DNA of 248,000 nucleotides from Octopus vulgaris. Its lineage: Eukaryota. The stretch spans positions 60,036,001 through 60,284,000 of the forward strand of contig OX597826.1 in assembly GCA_951406725.2 (NCBI GenBank). Reading direction: 5' to 3'. This document shows positions 29,913 to 46,500 of this stretch, one piece after another (positions within the stretch are counted from its first letter, which is position 1; each line of letters starts with the position of its first letter). Below the pieces are notes generated by a model, which saw only the letters and a list, made by a program, of their open reading frames with translations, was not told the origin of the DNA and searched no databases. A program made the position numbers and the translations under genes.

Positions 29913-32392
29913 CATACATATATGTGTTTGAAAATAATTCACTATTTATAAGGTACTTATAAATTATTTATTAATTGGAAATTTTATATCAAAATATTTG
30001 TGTTTGTTTTTTCAAGAATTAATAAATAATTTATAAGTCTTTTAAAATAGGGAGTTACTTTACAATCACCTACTATATGAAAACACACATACATATACAC
30101 ACGTATGTCTATATACATTCAAACACAGGGCTTCCAACCACACACAAGTGCGTATCTATGGCTGTGTTATGTATGTTTATATCCTCTTTCCGAGTGATGC
30201 ATATGACAGTACAAATCCCGAGCTAGAATAGTCCCTTACAAGAGTCGCAAACACTTCCTTGTTTCTCTCCTCTAGAAATGCAGTCTAAGAGTAATTAGTC
30301 TATTTGAAATTTGTAACCATAGGCATAGGAGTGGCTGAGTGGTAAGTAGCTTGTGTACGAAACAGATAGTTCCGGGTTCAGTTCCACTATGTGACACCTT
30401 GGGCAAGTGTCTTCTACTATAGCCTCGGGCCAACCAAAGCCTTGTGAGTGCATTTGGTAGACAGAAACTGAAAGAAGCCCGACGTATATATGTATATATA
30501 TATTTATATATATATGTATATGTGTGTGTGTGTGTGTGTTTGTGTGTGTGTGTCTGTGTTTGTGTGTCTGTGTTTGTCCCCCAACATAGATTGACAACCG
30601 ATGCTGGTGTGTTTACGTAACTTAGCGGTTTAGCAAAAGAGACCGATAGAATAAGTACTAGGGATCGATTTGTTCGACTAAAGGCGATGCTCCAGCATGG
30701 CCGCAGTCAAATGACGGAAACATGTAAAAGAGTAAAAGAGTAACCATCGATATCATCATTTATCTTATTGCTAGTACGAAGTTTTATTCATTTTTAAGTT
30801 TCGTAATCACTTTTCTAAACATTCATTTTACTTAACCGAAAGCAATAACAATGAAAAGGGGATCGGTATAAATGTGAAACGATTTATCAGTAAGAAATAT
30901 CAGAGAGAGGCGCAGACGATCAAAATTAATATTACGTTGTTGATAATGCTGGGAGCTTGCAGAATCGTTAACATGCCGGGCAAAATACTTAATAGTCCTT
31001 CACGTTTTGGGTTCAAATTCTACCGTGATCGACTTTTCCTTTCATCCTTTCGGTGTCGATTAAGATATGTACCAGATGAAGACTGAAGTCAACCTAAACG
31101 ACTATACCCCTCTCTAACAATTGCTGGCCGTATGCCAAAATTTTCAAATTAATAATTTATTGTAGATCTGATGGTCAGTTCAGTGCAGCTTGACTAAATC
31201 TATCAAGAAACGTATTCCACCCGTAAGCAACGAGATTGTTTCTGTACAAGATAATATTGTCAAGTTTATATGCGACTCTATGATGTCCGGCGACTGATTT
31301 GTAGATTTGGTTAACAAATCCCACGTGCCAATAAGTATTGCTGTGTCATTTATTTATTTATTAGTGGGGGAAATTATTAAAATAGGTTACCTCTATATAT
31401 TAATTCCTTAACGTGTTTCACCCATGCTTCGTTTTGCTTAACTATATTCTAGTCTGTGTATCAACAAAGAAACCCGACAAAATGTATTTTTTTCTGACAG
31501 ATTATCTAAGCCTTTCTGATGCAATACCTTTTCCATTATTTTGCAGGTCGGGTGTAGGTCCGGGTGATATTAAATTAGAATTGTGGGATTTCTAAAAGGA
31601 GAAACAAAGATTTGAACGCTCCATTATTGCTTAGAAACGGCAAGAAATGTTGAATTTGAAACAGCTAACTACTCACTTAAACAATACTATTTGCTGTTAC
31701 AAATCGTTTTTCCACGTGACATCAATTTTGTTTTATTGAGAGAAAAAAAAGAGATACGGTTAAACAAGAGTAAGAGAAATAGATACAGATGTAAAATTGT
31801 AAATTTTAGCAATATGAAACAAATGAAGCCATTTTATTAACTTTGATGGGAAATTAGCAAATATATTCTCATATTTTATCTACATTTTCTCAAATCTATG
31901 CAATCAATTCAAGTAAGTGGAAGAGAAAAAAAAAGCAAATGATTTGCTATCTCAACAAACACATTTTAACGTTGGTTTTAGCCTTCGGCAAATCGTCACT
32001 TTCCTCTAAGATCTCTTCAAGCGAGAAAAATATTGACGAATTTTTCAAAATTTCGTTCGTTTCTAAATCCACCACGAAACTGAAATACTAGAAGAGGAGA
32101 GATTACAGGGCATCACAAATTATTTCTCAGGTTTGATTCTTGTTGGTTAAAGGATATTAGACTATTAAGAAATAAATTGCATACATACAAATTTAAGTCT
32201 ATATATGTGAACGGATATATAACGACACTTCAGCTTGCTTTTCTTTCTCCATTCTATAAATATAAAGTTGATTCGAAATTGAAAATTTTCAGAAATTGAA
32301 ACTGGAAAGAAAGTTAAAACAGTTAGAAGCAAACATCTTACGTTAAATTATAAAATTGACATTCCGTCTGAATAGTTTCGGTTATATATAAG

Positions 32393-32455
<63 letters not shown>

Positions 32456-32492
32456 GCGTGTGTGTGTGTATGCGCATATACATATGTATATA

Positions 32493-32534
<42 letters not shown>

Positions 32535-32603
32535 TTATATACATAGATATACTTAAAATATATATTCATATATACACACATATATACAAACACACACACA
32601 CAA

Positions 32604-32636
<33 letters not shown>

Positions 32637-32971
32637 TATACATACACACAGACACACATATATATGTACGTATGTATGTATGTATATATATATGTGTGTG
32701 TGTGTGTGTATGTGTATGTATATGTGTGTGTGTATATAGATATGTGTGTATGTGTCTGTGTATGTGTGTGTGTGTGCTTTGTTTTTCGGGGGTATTCTTG
32801 AAATAGAAATAGTAATGATTGCCAACGTATTGAGAAGTTTACATAGATACATAAGTAAGTGCACTATTCGAAAGCGAATATACAGATAAGTATATGGACT
32901 CAGACACTTACACATACATACAAACGTCAAATAAACATGATAATAATAATAGTAATTATAATCATACTACA

Positions 32972-33028
<57 letters not shown>

Positions 33029-33029
33029 G

Positions 33030-33126
<97 letters not shown>

Positions 33127-33257
33127 TAATAATAATAGTAAAACAAAATTGGAGAATTCATCGGTGTATATAAATACCGAAATAAGTTTATATTTTTTTG
33201 TATCCGAATGCTAATGTATCTCTAGTGGTATGTATGGAAATCGAAACTTTTATGTGC

Positions 33258-33308
<51 letters not shown>

Positions 33309-36297
33309 TACATACATGTATACATACATGTACTTATTTACATGCAATTCTATTCTGTATGTGTATGTTCATATTTGCATACAAATACACACACACATAC
33401 ACACACACACACACTCACACACACAGAAACACATAGACATGCATAAATACGCGGACATGTACATCTGTCCGTATGTATACAGATATAACGCCACGCACAC
33501 TCACACACACACACACACACAAACGCACACAACTAAGAAATTCACACAGGATATGTAATGCAAAGACAAAAAATTAGCCAAGCAAATTAAATTAAAATCC
33601 CCATCACATAAGGAGATAGCGTCCCGTATCAAATAACGTAGCTACTTCCATTTTGTTTCTTAGCGTTGATTTTTATTTATTTCTATTTTGGAGAAAACAA
33701 ATATTCGTAGAGTGTTTATTTAAGTTTCACTTAACAAAAATGGCAGTCTTCGGCACGCACAATAATTCCTATAAAACTATCACGCCTAGTTAGTTTTACC
33801 ATTAAAGAAAATCACATAATTCGTGTTTATCTACTGCCGTTGATAGAAATAAACACACACCGATACTATTTATTTGTATATTATCGTTTTTATTTTATTT
33901 ATTGGTTTGTACTCTCAGATTTTACCTTGTTTCTTGTCTTATTCCATTTGTACATTCTTCTCTAAATTACCATTTGTGTTCATTTCATATATACTTCATT
34001 TAGAAAGATATTTCCATCAAAATTCTCATTTTATATTTTCAACAGGATTTGTTTAAACACAAACAGTAAAATACATTTTTGATTGTGTCATTAGGAAATG
34101 TGCACGCAGGCTTACACACACACACAAACGCACACACAAACACACAAACACACATACACACACACATGTATATATACAAACAAGCATGTATGTGTGTGTG
34201 TGTATGTTCGTAAATTTATCAGTACGTCAATATCTGTGAATAAACATTCTGTGTCATCAAACTTTGAATGTACCTCATATATCACTTTCTCTATTATTCC
34301 TGCTACTTCTCTCTCTGTTTCTATGTCTCTCTGTCGCTCCCGCCCTCTCTCTCATTACCTTCGTCTGTCTAGCTCTGTGTCTGTCTGCTCTCTCTCTCTC
34401 TCTCTCTCTCTGTACCTTCGTCTCTCTTTCTCTGTCTCTCTACTCTATATATATGTGTATGTGTTTGTGTGTATGCTTGTGCGTGCGTGTGTTTGTGCGA
34501 GCAGTCATGTATGTGAGCACGTGTGTGTGGATGTGTGGGGAGGGGGGTCTAGTGTTCAGGTTGTTCGAATCACGAAGGATATGGTTTGAGTTCGATTCCA
34601 GGCTAGAGCGTACGTTTTTGGTTAGTAAACATCATTTGGTTTGTGCACGTCTTTTCACGTTTTTTCAATCTCTTCATCCCAAAAAGATTATCAGTAATAT
34701 GTCCGTGAAAATTCATTTCACTCACTCTTTCTCTATATATATGTCTCTGTCTCTGTCTGTACCTTTTTCTGTCTCTGTCTCCCGATAGTTGTCACAATCT
34801 GGAGATGCCATTGTTTCAAAAGGTCGGTTATGGGTTCCGTCACACTTCATGACACCTTTGGCAAGTCTCTCCCACTTTGACATTGGGCCGACCAAAACCT
34901 CGTGAGTGGATTTAGTAGACGAAAACTGAAAGAAGCCCGTCGTGTATATGTGTGTGTGTGTCCATGTTTGTCTCCGAACATCGCTTGACAACCGATGTTG
35001 GTATGTTTAAATCCACGTAACTTAGCGGTTTGGCAAAAAGAATAGAATAAATACTAAGCTCTAAAATATAAGCCCTGCGGCCGATTGGTTCCGCTAAAAG
35101 CATTCAAGGCTGTGCTCAAGCATTGCCGTAGTCATATGACTGAAACAAATTATAAAGTAAAAGATATATATATATATGCATATATATAATACACATATGA
35201 GAGAGAATCCACTAAAGTGGACGCCCTTACGCTAAAGAGAGATCCACATGAGTCGCAACCACTAAAAATTGTTCTCATTTGAATATAACTATGAATATAA
35301 TAGGCCGTACTGCTCGTATTTTTGACCTCGTGTTAATATATGGCGTGCAGTTCGACAAATTATATTTTTGACGGACTCCACTGATGACCTGCAAATTAAT
35401 TGTGTAAGTAAAATTGCATAATTTATTAACAGTGAAACAATAGTAAGGGGATTAACCTATATTTTTGTTATTTATCATTTATCCAGCTCGCTTACGTTCA
35501 TAGTGTGCTAAGTTTTTCTTAAGAACAAGTTTTAGTGGTTGAGACTCATGCGGATCTCTCTTTAGCGTAAGGGCGTCCACTTTAGTGGATTCTCTCTCAT
35601 ATGTGTATTAATAATATTTACTGAATCTCAGTTTTTTATGCGCTAAACCACTGGTGTTAAATTGATGTTATTAAATTAATATCCAATTTTTTCATCCTCA
35701 TTTTGATTATATATATATATATATATATATATAACTTATAAATTAGGGCTAAAGAAAATTATTTCAATGCCAATATATATATGTATGTAGGTATGTATGT
35801 ATGTATGTATGTATGTATGTATGTATGTATGTATGTATGTATGTGTGTATGAGTTTATATCTGTGTGTATATATGTGTGTGTGTGTGTATTCTTTCATTT
35901 TTTATTCTTTTACTTGTTTCAGTCATTTAACAGCGGCCATGTTGGAGCACCGTCTTTCGTCGAGCAGACCGGCCCCAGGACATATTATTTGCAAGCCTAG
36001 TAGTTATCCTAGCGGTTTCTTTCGCCGAACCGCTAAGCCACGGGAACGCAAAAACACGCATACAAGCAAGCGATGTTGGGGCGAGGGGAGAACACACATA
36101 AACATACTTACACACACACACACACATATACGACAGACGTTTTTCAGTTTCCGTCTACCAAAACTGCTCACAATGCTTTGGTCGGCTCGAGGCTGTAGTA
36201 CAAAAGCCTATCCAAAGGTACCACGCAGGGGCACTGAATCCGGAACCATATGGTTGGTAGGCAAGCTACTTACCACCCTGCTAATACTGTGCCTATG

Positions 36298-36347
<50 letters not shown>

Positions 36348-36365
36348 TAGATAAATAGATAGATG

Positions 36366-36411
<46 letters not shown>

Positions 36412-38042
36412 CGCACATACATGAATGCATCCTGTTGGGGTCACGCGTGTGCGTGTGTGTAAATTTCGACTAAATTTCAGTTGTTTTCCTTTAATGTTAT
36501 ATAACACTTTTCAACGAAACACGAGAATGCAAAACCGTTTGCTAAAAAAATTGTGCAAATCAGTCAAGTAAGGAGAAACACGCGAGAAGAAAACTCGATT
36601 TCAATTTTCTATAACATTATGTAATTTGTCAAACGTATCAGAAATGCAGGTTGAATTCAGAATTTATGAAATATAATACTTTACAAATATAATACTTTAC
36701 AATTTCGTGATGCAATAATGACATAAGAATTGACAAATTTTTTATGAAAAAAATTTCGTTGTGTGTTGTGTAAGAGGAAATCATATGCTAGTACTGTAAC
36801 GCATATCTCTGCTGAATAATCCGATCCAGTACAAAGAAGAGACTAGCGGAGATTTGTATAGCGGTGTAAAGGTATCTTGGTCTATATATTTGTAAAGCGG
36901 AGTAAAGGTATCTGGGTTTTCAATTCATAATTTCAATGTGAAGTAAATCAGCTAAAAGACAGCAATTTTTAGGCCAAATTGGTTACATAGAACACAATCC
37001 TGACTGGCACTTTATATTATCGACGACGGCAGAATGGAAATAAAGTCGAGCTAGACATTTGGATTCAAAGCATAAAGTCGGAAAGAATGACACTAGGAGT
37101 TTAATCAGGTTTGCTAATAAAGACTCTGCCGGTTCGCCGCCTTAAAATACATTTTTAAACACTTTCAAATTTTGGTACAAGACTAGCAGGATCGGGGGAG
37201 GGAGAAAGTCGATTACATTTACTTCAATATTCCACTGGTACTTATTTTACCGACTTCAAAACGATGAAAGGCAAAGTCGACCCCGGTGGCATTTGAAATC
37301 ACAATGTGAAGATGGTCAAAATACCGCTAAGTATTCTGCTCCGCGTGCTAACGAGTCTGCTACTCGCCGCCTTACGAATCAGTTATGTCATCATAATAAT
37401 TTCAACCGAGTGAATTTACTGCTTCTTTCACTTCCGTACATATATGCATTTTAATAAAAATTCATGATATTTAAAAAAAAAATAAAGAACGCAGTTTTTA
37501 AGCGTTAAAATTCCACATTTTGTTTGCATTCCAAACACCATCACAATGCATGTATATGTACGTATGCACATTTGTGTGTGTTTGTATGTGCGGTGGAGGG
37601 AGGCGTGCGTGTTTGTGTGTGCGTGTGTGTGTGTTTGTGTGTGTGTATGTGTGTGTAAGTATCTGTGGGTATGTGTGTGTGTGTGTATAAGTGCAGAGAA
37701 GCGAAGCCATAAGATTACGGTTGCTGATTTAGAATTCGCAAATATTACAGAATTGAAGCGAAGTTTCATTCTCTGTGAGGAACAATAGTAGATTTGCTTC
37801 TTTACACGTACTCGGTTCCATCAAAATACACTAGGGGTGTACATGGGATACACTTAAAGCGGGATTCAAGATGATTCAACGGTTAACACAAAATACATAC
37901 ACAAGTACGCACGCGCACTAGCATGCACACAGACACACACCTATATCATCACACACACACACACACATACACACACATATATATACGTGACATAGTATTT
38001 GAGACTTTGAGTATATATGAACATGCATTTATCCGTCTATCC

Positions 38043-38131
<89 letters not shown>

Positions 38132-38393
38132 CTTTTTTCATTTCTCTTTTCTTTTGTTCCTTTTCCTTTTCTTTTTTTTTCTTTTTATTCCTTTTATTTT
38201 TTTTGTTCTTTTCTTCCCTTTTACGATCCCTCTTGATCGAAAACCTACGCCACCCCTTTTTTTTCTTTTGTTTTTTTGTTTTTTTCATCCCCCAAAAGAA
38301 AAGCTCTACCTTGTAACTTGTCCCATCTGTGTGCAGCCCTGTGTGGCCAATAAAGAAACTTATCTATCAGTCTGTCTGTCTGTATGTCTGTCC

Positions 38394-38427
<34 letters not shown>

Positions 38428-38693
38428 ATGTCTGTCTGTTTGTCTATGTAAGCCATAGTTCAGTTTTATTTCAAAATTTCTTGTAAATAAAGAACGAGCC
38501 GGTTTCTAACCTAGATCCAAGGTTCCTTCATTGGTACTTCAACATCTACAAATGGGTATTTTTGCATGTATGTATGAGTCTATGTGTGCCTGTATGTACG
38601 TATGCATGCATGTATGAATGTATATTTCACTCTCTCTCTCTCTCTCTCTGTATATATACACACACACACAGACACAGACACACAGACACACAG

Positions 38694-38762
<69 letters not shown>

Positions 38763-40464
38763 TTAAAGGGTAAATGCCCCTGTAGTTCATGAATGACCAT
38801 GTGATTCCACCCCACTGTAACACAAATCTGGGCTAGATTGTTTATGGAAGACCAGCAGCCGTCCATGTATACTTCCCTCTCATCTCCATGCCACCGATTT
38901 TATCCAAGGGAAAGGCAAAGGCCGATACAGCTTGGCACCAGGGACATCTCAATATATTTCTACAGCTGAGTGAACTGGAGCAACGAGAAATAAAGTGTCT
39001 TGCTCAAAAACACAACACGCAGTCCGATCCAGAAACTCACTATCTCATGATTGTGAATCCGACGCTCGAACCACTGAGCCGTACACACACACACTCACAC
39101 ACACACACACACACGGACACACATACTCACATACACCCGTACATATTTATAATATTCATATATATGTGAGTGTACGTATATGTCTATGTGTATGTGTCTT
39201 AATGTGAGTGTGATTCTGTGCGTACGAGAAAGAACATTGAATCTGAAATACGTCGTGTCTGCTTTTGTGGCCTTCACAAGTCAAGCTGACAATACTCTGC
39301 ACGAGGAAATTACATAAAACATGAAAGATCAGACATATAATACCAAAAGAAACACTTCTCTCAATCAATTCTATTTACCAATACAGAATGTAACGATACA
39401 GACCAGGAGCATTGCCATTTCCTTTATAAAGTGTCTTCGATCACTTCAAAATTGCACATTTTAACGGAATTCGATCTTTGTCGATATTTACCTGTTTTTT
39501 CATTGTATTTTGAAATATTTTTCGCTAGATGTATGAGTTTTTTGTTTTACCTTTATAATATGAATGTAATAAGGAATTGTCAAAAAATATTGCCAAAAGT
39601 ATTTCTTGTATAATTTCTTAGCTTTAACTAAAGAAAAGGTCGAGCTAAAAGTTAAAATAAAGACGTGTTTTGCAATCCCGTAATAAAATAACACTCTGTG
39701 CTCGCGCGCGTGACACCGATGCTGGGTGTGTTTACGCCCCCGCAAATTAGCGGTTCGGCAAAAGAGACCGATTTAATAAGTACTAGGCTTACAAAGAATA
39801 AGTCATGGGTTCGATTTGCTCGACTAAAAGCGGTGCTCCAGCATGGCCGCAGTCAAATGACTGAAACAAATAAACGAGTAAAAGAGAAAAGAGAACATTG
39901 TTAGAGGTTTTATACGAAATGCGGGGTCAAACTATTGGAGGGAATGTAAATTTTTCACAATATATGATAATGTTGAGTAATGTTGTTCTTAGACGTGTTG
40001 TGTTTATTGTGACTTCCACAAGCATAGCCTTTGTTAATTTCGACAGAAAATTTCATTAGCGATGCTGTCAATTCTAAAATATCACAGACACCAAACAGCT
40101 TTAATTATGTTACTTAAAAAAATCCAGAAAGAAATTCAGATGCTATATGAATGTTCATGAACAAAACAATGAAATTTCAAGTACTTTGCCAACAAGCCTC
40201 CATACAATGCAAACTGGATACAGGATTAAAGGATATTGTAATACCTGATTAAATAAAAATTATTGCATCACCTAGGAAAACAGAGTTTTATGATGCATAT
40301 ATACACATTCACTCTCACATATTATACAGATATGCGTGTGTGATTTGTGTACATGGGTGGCTCTGTATCATTATATATGCATGCATGTATTTATGGATGG
40401 ATGGATGATTGTGTGTATGCGTTTATGCATGCATATATGTACGTATGTATATATGCATGTATGC

Positions 40465-40560
<96 letters not shown>

Positions 40561-40816
40561 CTTACAAAAACACACAAACACACACACGCAGACACATACA
40601 CGTGCACACACACCTCCTGATGTGTTTTTATAGTTCTATCAGTATGTATGGGCAAGAAAGACGGGTTACGAAATGATGGTTGCATTCTATAACGAAAATT
40701 ACAAAAAAAAAAGTATTATGTTGATAAGGCTTTAGCTAGTGACATAATCCTACTGAAATATTTTCGTATTCTCCTGTAATATCTGCGATGAAAATATATG
40801 TGCGTATGTACGTATG

Positions 40817-40859
<43 letters not shown>

Positions 40860-40874
40860 GCATATATATATACA

Positions 40875-40920
<46 letters not shown>

Positions 40921-42082
40921 TATATACATATATACATATATAATGTTAAATACATACATATATATATATGTATATATATATATATATGTTACATACATAC
41001 ATATATATATATATATGTAATGTGTATATATATATACATATATAAATACATATAATGTATATATATATATATACACATATACATATATATACATATGTAT
41101 ATGCATATATGTGTGTGTGTGTGTGTGTGTATATATACATGTATTTATACATTCATGCATACGTAAATACATACATATAGAGGCAAAAAATATTTAATAT
41201 TGTTAACACGAAATATAAAATTCTCTTTTGCGATTTTGTGATTATTTTAAAATTTATATTTTTTGTGAATATTTATCAAAACGTTATTTTGTAAAGTATT
41301 GCCATATAAATTCTCCTCCTTGTATATTAACATTCTTAAAGGTAAAAAAAAATTGAGAACTTAACAAAAATATTAATATTAATCACGAAAGTATTTGAAA
41401 TATTGAAATTTAATAGTTGTTACTAAGAAAAATTATTTTTCTACTCAAAATTCAAACGTTGTCTACAGAATAAAGAGAAAAAAATATTATAAAACCAAAA
41501 GGAACACTTAAATTTTTTTTCTTTTTAACAGGAACAAAAATCGATAAAACCTATTTTAGCGAGTTTAAAACAAAGAAAATATACTAAAATCATTTGGAAT
41601 TCTGACCTAAGACTTGTTATTATAATTTGAAAGAAATTCCTTTTGTGATCTGCTGACACTTATTCTTAACTAAAGGTTTGCGAATGTAAATTTGATTTAT
41701 TCAAAATCTTGGACTTGGTGGAAAGGATGAATAAACATCTGCTCACTGACGCATGTCTAACCTCTTCAGTTTGTACTTATTTTAGTTTTTGCATGCGTGA
41801 AATTGTCAGTACTGTTTGGTTTAATTAACCAAGCGTGACAAATATGAGGAACATGCCAGGGTAATTATGGTGTTGATGCTGTTGAAGAAATGTTATATTA
41901 TACACCTACGAGGATCCGGCAATTTCTCTACGCCGAATTTTAAGTTGACATCCATCAATTTGAAGGTTATACTTAGGTATATCTGGTGGTTTGGAAGCTC
42001 GCTTTGCAACCATGTTTTTGTGATGATTTTTACTGAGCGACTTTTGGGCAAACTTATTTTTATATGCGCGTGTAAATATATG

Positions 42083-42149
<67 letters not shown>

Positions 42150-42159
42150 ATGTATGCGG

Positions 42160-42466
42160 ATGCGCAATGGCCCAGTGGTTAGGGAAGCGGAATCGCGGTC
42201 GTAGGATCGTGGTTTCGATTCCCAGACCGGGCGTTGGGTGTGTTTATTGAACGAAAACACCTAAAGCTCCACGAGGCTCCGGCAGGGGGTGGTGGCGATC
42301 CCTGCCGTACTCTTCCGCCACAACTTTCTTTCACTCTTTCTTCTGTTGGCCTACTCGCTTAGCCAGTGGGGTGGCGTAATTTGAAGGCTAAAACAATGCG
42401 AAGCGCATTGTGACAAGCGATGTGTAACAACATCTGATAGTCTGGTCGGTCACGTGATCACGTGAT

Positions 42467-42526
<60 letters not shown>

Positions 42527-42845
42527 ATGTGTGTGTGGAGGCGCAATGGCCCAGTGGTTAGGGAAGCGGAATCGTGGTCGTAGGGCCGCGGATTCGATTC
42601 CCAGACCGGGCGTTGTGAGTGTTTATTGAGCGAAAACACATAAAGCTACACGAGGCTCCGGCAAGGATTGGTGGCGATCCCTGCTGCACTCTTTCGCCGC
42701 AACTTTCTCTCACTCTTTCTTCTGTTGGCCTGCTCGCTTAGCCAGCGGGGTGACGTCATTTGAAAACTAAAACAATGCGAAGCGCATTGTGACCAGCGAT
42801 GTGTAGCAACATCTGATAGCCTGGTCGGTCACGTGATCACGTGAT
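42160..42845 (+). mobile_element. Head-to-tail pair of tRNA-derived SINE family C
   Basis: Head GGAGGCGCAATGGCCCAGTGGTTAGGG...GGTTTCGATTCCCAGACCGG; tail ending CACGTGATCACGTGAT; copies at 42160-42475 and 42535-42845. Confidence 0.88.
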
Positions 42846-42870
42846 ATGTATGTATGTATGTATCTCTCTC

Positions 42871-42927
<57 letters not shown>

Positions 42928-42929
42928 CC

Positions 42930-43500
42930 CTCTGGCAACGTATTTGATCCTTGACCATGTTGGTTGCAAACACTTGTCAATAGTTTCTTGGTCAATCATT
43001 TTGTGTTGGAGTGACAGAGTTTTAAATATTATCGTTTGTTGCGCTATGCGTTGTTGTATATCGTGAGCGGTGGGGAGGTTAAATTAACATTTGTGTCATC
43101 TCTCTGTAATAAATTCCTCACTTTTTTTATCTCTTCAACATTAAAGTAGAGTGATTCTTGTTGCACTCTCACTGCTGATTCGAAACCGCGATTGCTTAGT
43201 TTAAATCCATCTTTCTTGAGGTCCTTAATTTTGTTGTTCGTGGTGTCCTTGAAAGTATCTATTGTATTTCTTTTGGGAAGTAGATCATTCCTCTCTCTTG
43301 CTCGCAACAAGGGAGAGAAAGAGACAATTCGGTGTACACGTCGTCTTAGTGGGCTTAACCCGCACCTAGGGTGGAAGCCACGATTGAAAAATTAATTACG
43401 TAGCAAAAATACAAATAAACGTGGGCAAAATTAGCCCATAATAGGGGGAATTTTGGTTCAGCTACAAAGACGCACAAGATTCAACAATAATAATTATAAA
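42930..43500 (-). mobile_element. Degraded retroelement ORF fragment (possibly PLE)
   Basis: Non-repetitive minus-strand frames (LLPKRNTIDTFKDTTNNKIKDLKK... / IDKCLQPTWSRIKY) with frameshifts; family uncertain. Confidence 0.3.
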
Positions 43501-43630
43501 CACACTTTGGTAACATGAATTTACAAAACGTACTAGCGTAAAAAGCGCACGTCAGTTCGGCAAGTAATTATCCAGCCCTTCATACGTCGCCTAACGACAG
43601 GAAAGTCCATGATATATGTGTGTGTGTGTG

Positions 43631-43666
<36 letters not shown>

Positions 43667-46259
43667 GGCTGCCTCCTCAAGAAACTTAAACTTTTCAAAG
43701 CCAATGTTAAAGTTTTTAGCCATGCTCAAGTATCCAAGTATGAATGCAAGTTCGGAGTGGTGTGGGGTTATGTCTAGTTCTTTCAGACAGTGAATGAATT
43801 AATATTTAAACATAAAGAATATGCTTATATTATTACATTTCCTCTGATCCACGCTGTGTTGTGTATTATATATACAACCACACGTACTTTCACACACACA
43901 CTCACACATGTATGCATTTGTGTATGTATACATGTATGCGTTTGTATATACGTATGTATTTATGTATACGCACACAGGCCCATGCTTATGTTCGCATTTA
44001 CGTACTCCATATGTACCTATTAATTCAAATTATCTTTGATTCTTTCATTTCGACTGTCTCCTTTTGTTCCATTCCACTTTCTCTTTTATTATTCTCTAAC
44101 ATCTTCCTCTGTTCATTTTCTCTCTTGTTTCCCTGTTGTCGTGTTCTTTTCTAAACTTCCATCACAATGTTTCCGTTTTGTTTTTATCTGCTTTTTATCT
44201 TTTTCTTTCTTTCGTCTTATTTTTTCGTGTCTTAGTTACTTTTTTATTCTCTTCGTTTGATTTATTCATTTATAGATTATTTATTAATATATTCATTTTC
44301 AAAATAGCGGCAAATAACTTATTTACATATTTTGTTCTGCCATTCTTTGTGACGATGTATTTATTTTGAACAAACTTCTTTTTAATTCTTTTATCCTATA
44401 TTGTTAAGTTTTTTCTGTTATAAAGATCTACAGAAAAACAATGCGAGATTTTAAATTCATCAAACATATGATATTCAATAAATAAATAAATACAACATAA
44501 TCAAAATGAAATAAATTAGCCTCTTATAAACACAAAAATAATTTAATTAAAATAATTTTAAAAGGTGACTGTATTTTTCTCTTTTGTTGCATTTAATGAT
44601 CAATGTAAAAAAATATAGATCTCAATGTTTTTTGTTATTCTTTGCGGTGCTAGTATTGTTGCTTGTCCTATTGTAGTTGCTATTGTGGATGTTCGTGTTG
44701 TTTTTGTATTTGCTACCATATTATTTGATCGTATTAATTATATAATCGTTCAGTAATTGGCGATACTGGTAATTGAAATCAATTATAAGGATAAGATTTA
44801 AAAACACAAAAATATAAATTAGTTACCCATATAAATTTGCATTTCCTTTTTTCTATTATATTTCGAAAGTATTTATTGCTTGTAGGTATTGTTGTAGATG
44901 TTATTCATCTCTTAGTCTAATCTCACATAAGAGGCATACGACACGTCGTTTGTTAAGAAATTATTCGCTTCGTCATATGTTTGCAAAATGATACTGATTA
45001 TGTCATTCTGGCGATTGTGAATAAGTATAAAACGGCGCGATACATGACCACTTATAGCCAGAAATTTTAAGAGCATTTTAATTAGCAAGAAATATTAATA
45101 AATATGTATATTCTATGCATCTTCTTCCTTACTCTTCGATTTTAAATTTAAACTTCCATTACCATCATGATTGATCTAGAAAGGTTTGTCTTCCTTACAA
45201 TAACTGACAGCCAGGGTACTCCACGTATATAGTGATTAGTCATAGTTCTATTGTTCCAGATATATGAAAAGGATCATATTTCATGTATCCAAGAAGCGGA
45301 GGGAAATCGTTCGTTATCCTGCCAAACACCACATCAAATGATAACTGTCTAACTCCCAGTTGTCTCTAATTTCATTGTTGATGCTTATTATGCTTCGTTC
45401 TGTGGCTGTACTTCTCTAATTTTACTCCGCATCGGATAAGCGGCGGTGACGACCACGCGTCCCTATTTCGAGTAATTTGTTTTTCTGTTTGGAAATCTTT
45501 TATCAGTGACATTCCAGTCGATCTTTGTTTGCAACATAACATATCGGAGGTTACTTTGTCTACATTCTTCATTTATATGAAGAATGTGGCGGCGTACGGT
45601 GTGATAAGGAGAGATTTTTGCTGAACTCTCGAGTCGATCGAACTTCTCATATTTCTTATAAACGACGTATGTGTATGAACTAATAGACAGTAAATAGAAA
45701 ATGTAAGGCCTAATATGAGAAACAGCTGATATTGTCTCTAAAAGTGTGATACAGTAAATGCAAAACAGAGCATGCGTGAAAGGGTTTTGTATAATCACCT
45801 GAACTACATAAAAAACAAACAAAAAAAAAACACAGAAGATCCTTCTCAAATCAAAATCTGTTGATGTTTAAAAATAATCACTTACATATAAGATAACTTT
45901 GGTACATTCCCTTAAACAGATAAGATGGTCATAACATTTTTTTTTATTTGGTTGTCCGCCTTCTCGACCACATCAGAAATATGTGAGGTTGTTTGGCAGA
46001 GTGTTGAATAGAGGTGGGTCACTGAAGCCTAAGCTGTTACATAACTAACTCCTTATTCGTGATGGAGAAAATAGGATCCATCTCATCTCCTACAATCAGT
46101 GCCGTCCGGTTCGGCAGTTGGTATAGCTTTCAGTTCCAAAATTGAGAGCTAGACCTTCCAGTATTTTTTGTATGTATATTACTGCGCATCTTTCACGCCT
46201 TCTCTCTAGGGAGTTGAGCCTCAGTTCATTTAAGTCACCTATTTGTCTGTGTGAATCTT

Positions 46260-46500
46260 ATTCGTATTTATTTCTTTATTGCCCACAGTGGGCTAAACAT
46301 AGAGGAGACAAACAAGGACAGACAAAGGGATTAAGTCGATTACATCGACCCAGTGCGTGACTGGTGCTTATTTAATCGACCCCGAAAAAAATGAAAGGCA
46401 AAGTCGACCTCGGCAGAATTTGAGCTCAGAACGTAACGGCAGACGAAATACTGCTAAGCATTTCGCCCGGCGTGCTAACGATTCTGCCAGCTTACCGCCC
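46260..46500 (-). mobile_element. SINE family A copy
   Basis: Reverse complement of the family A consensus. Confidence 0.88.

Noticed and set aside
45140-45860. Coding-looking minus-strand segment
   Set aside because: No recognisable homology; open frames are short and inconsistent.
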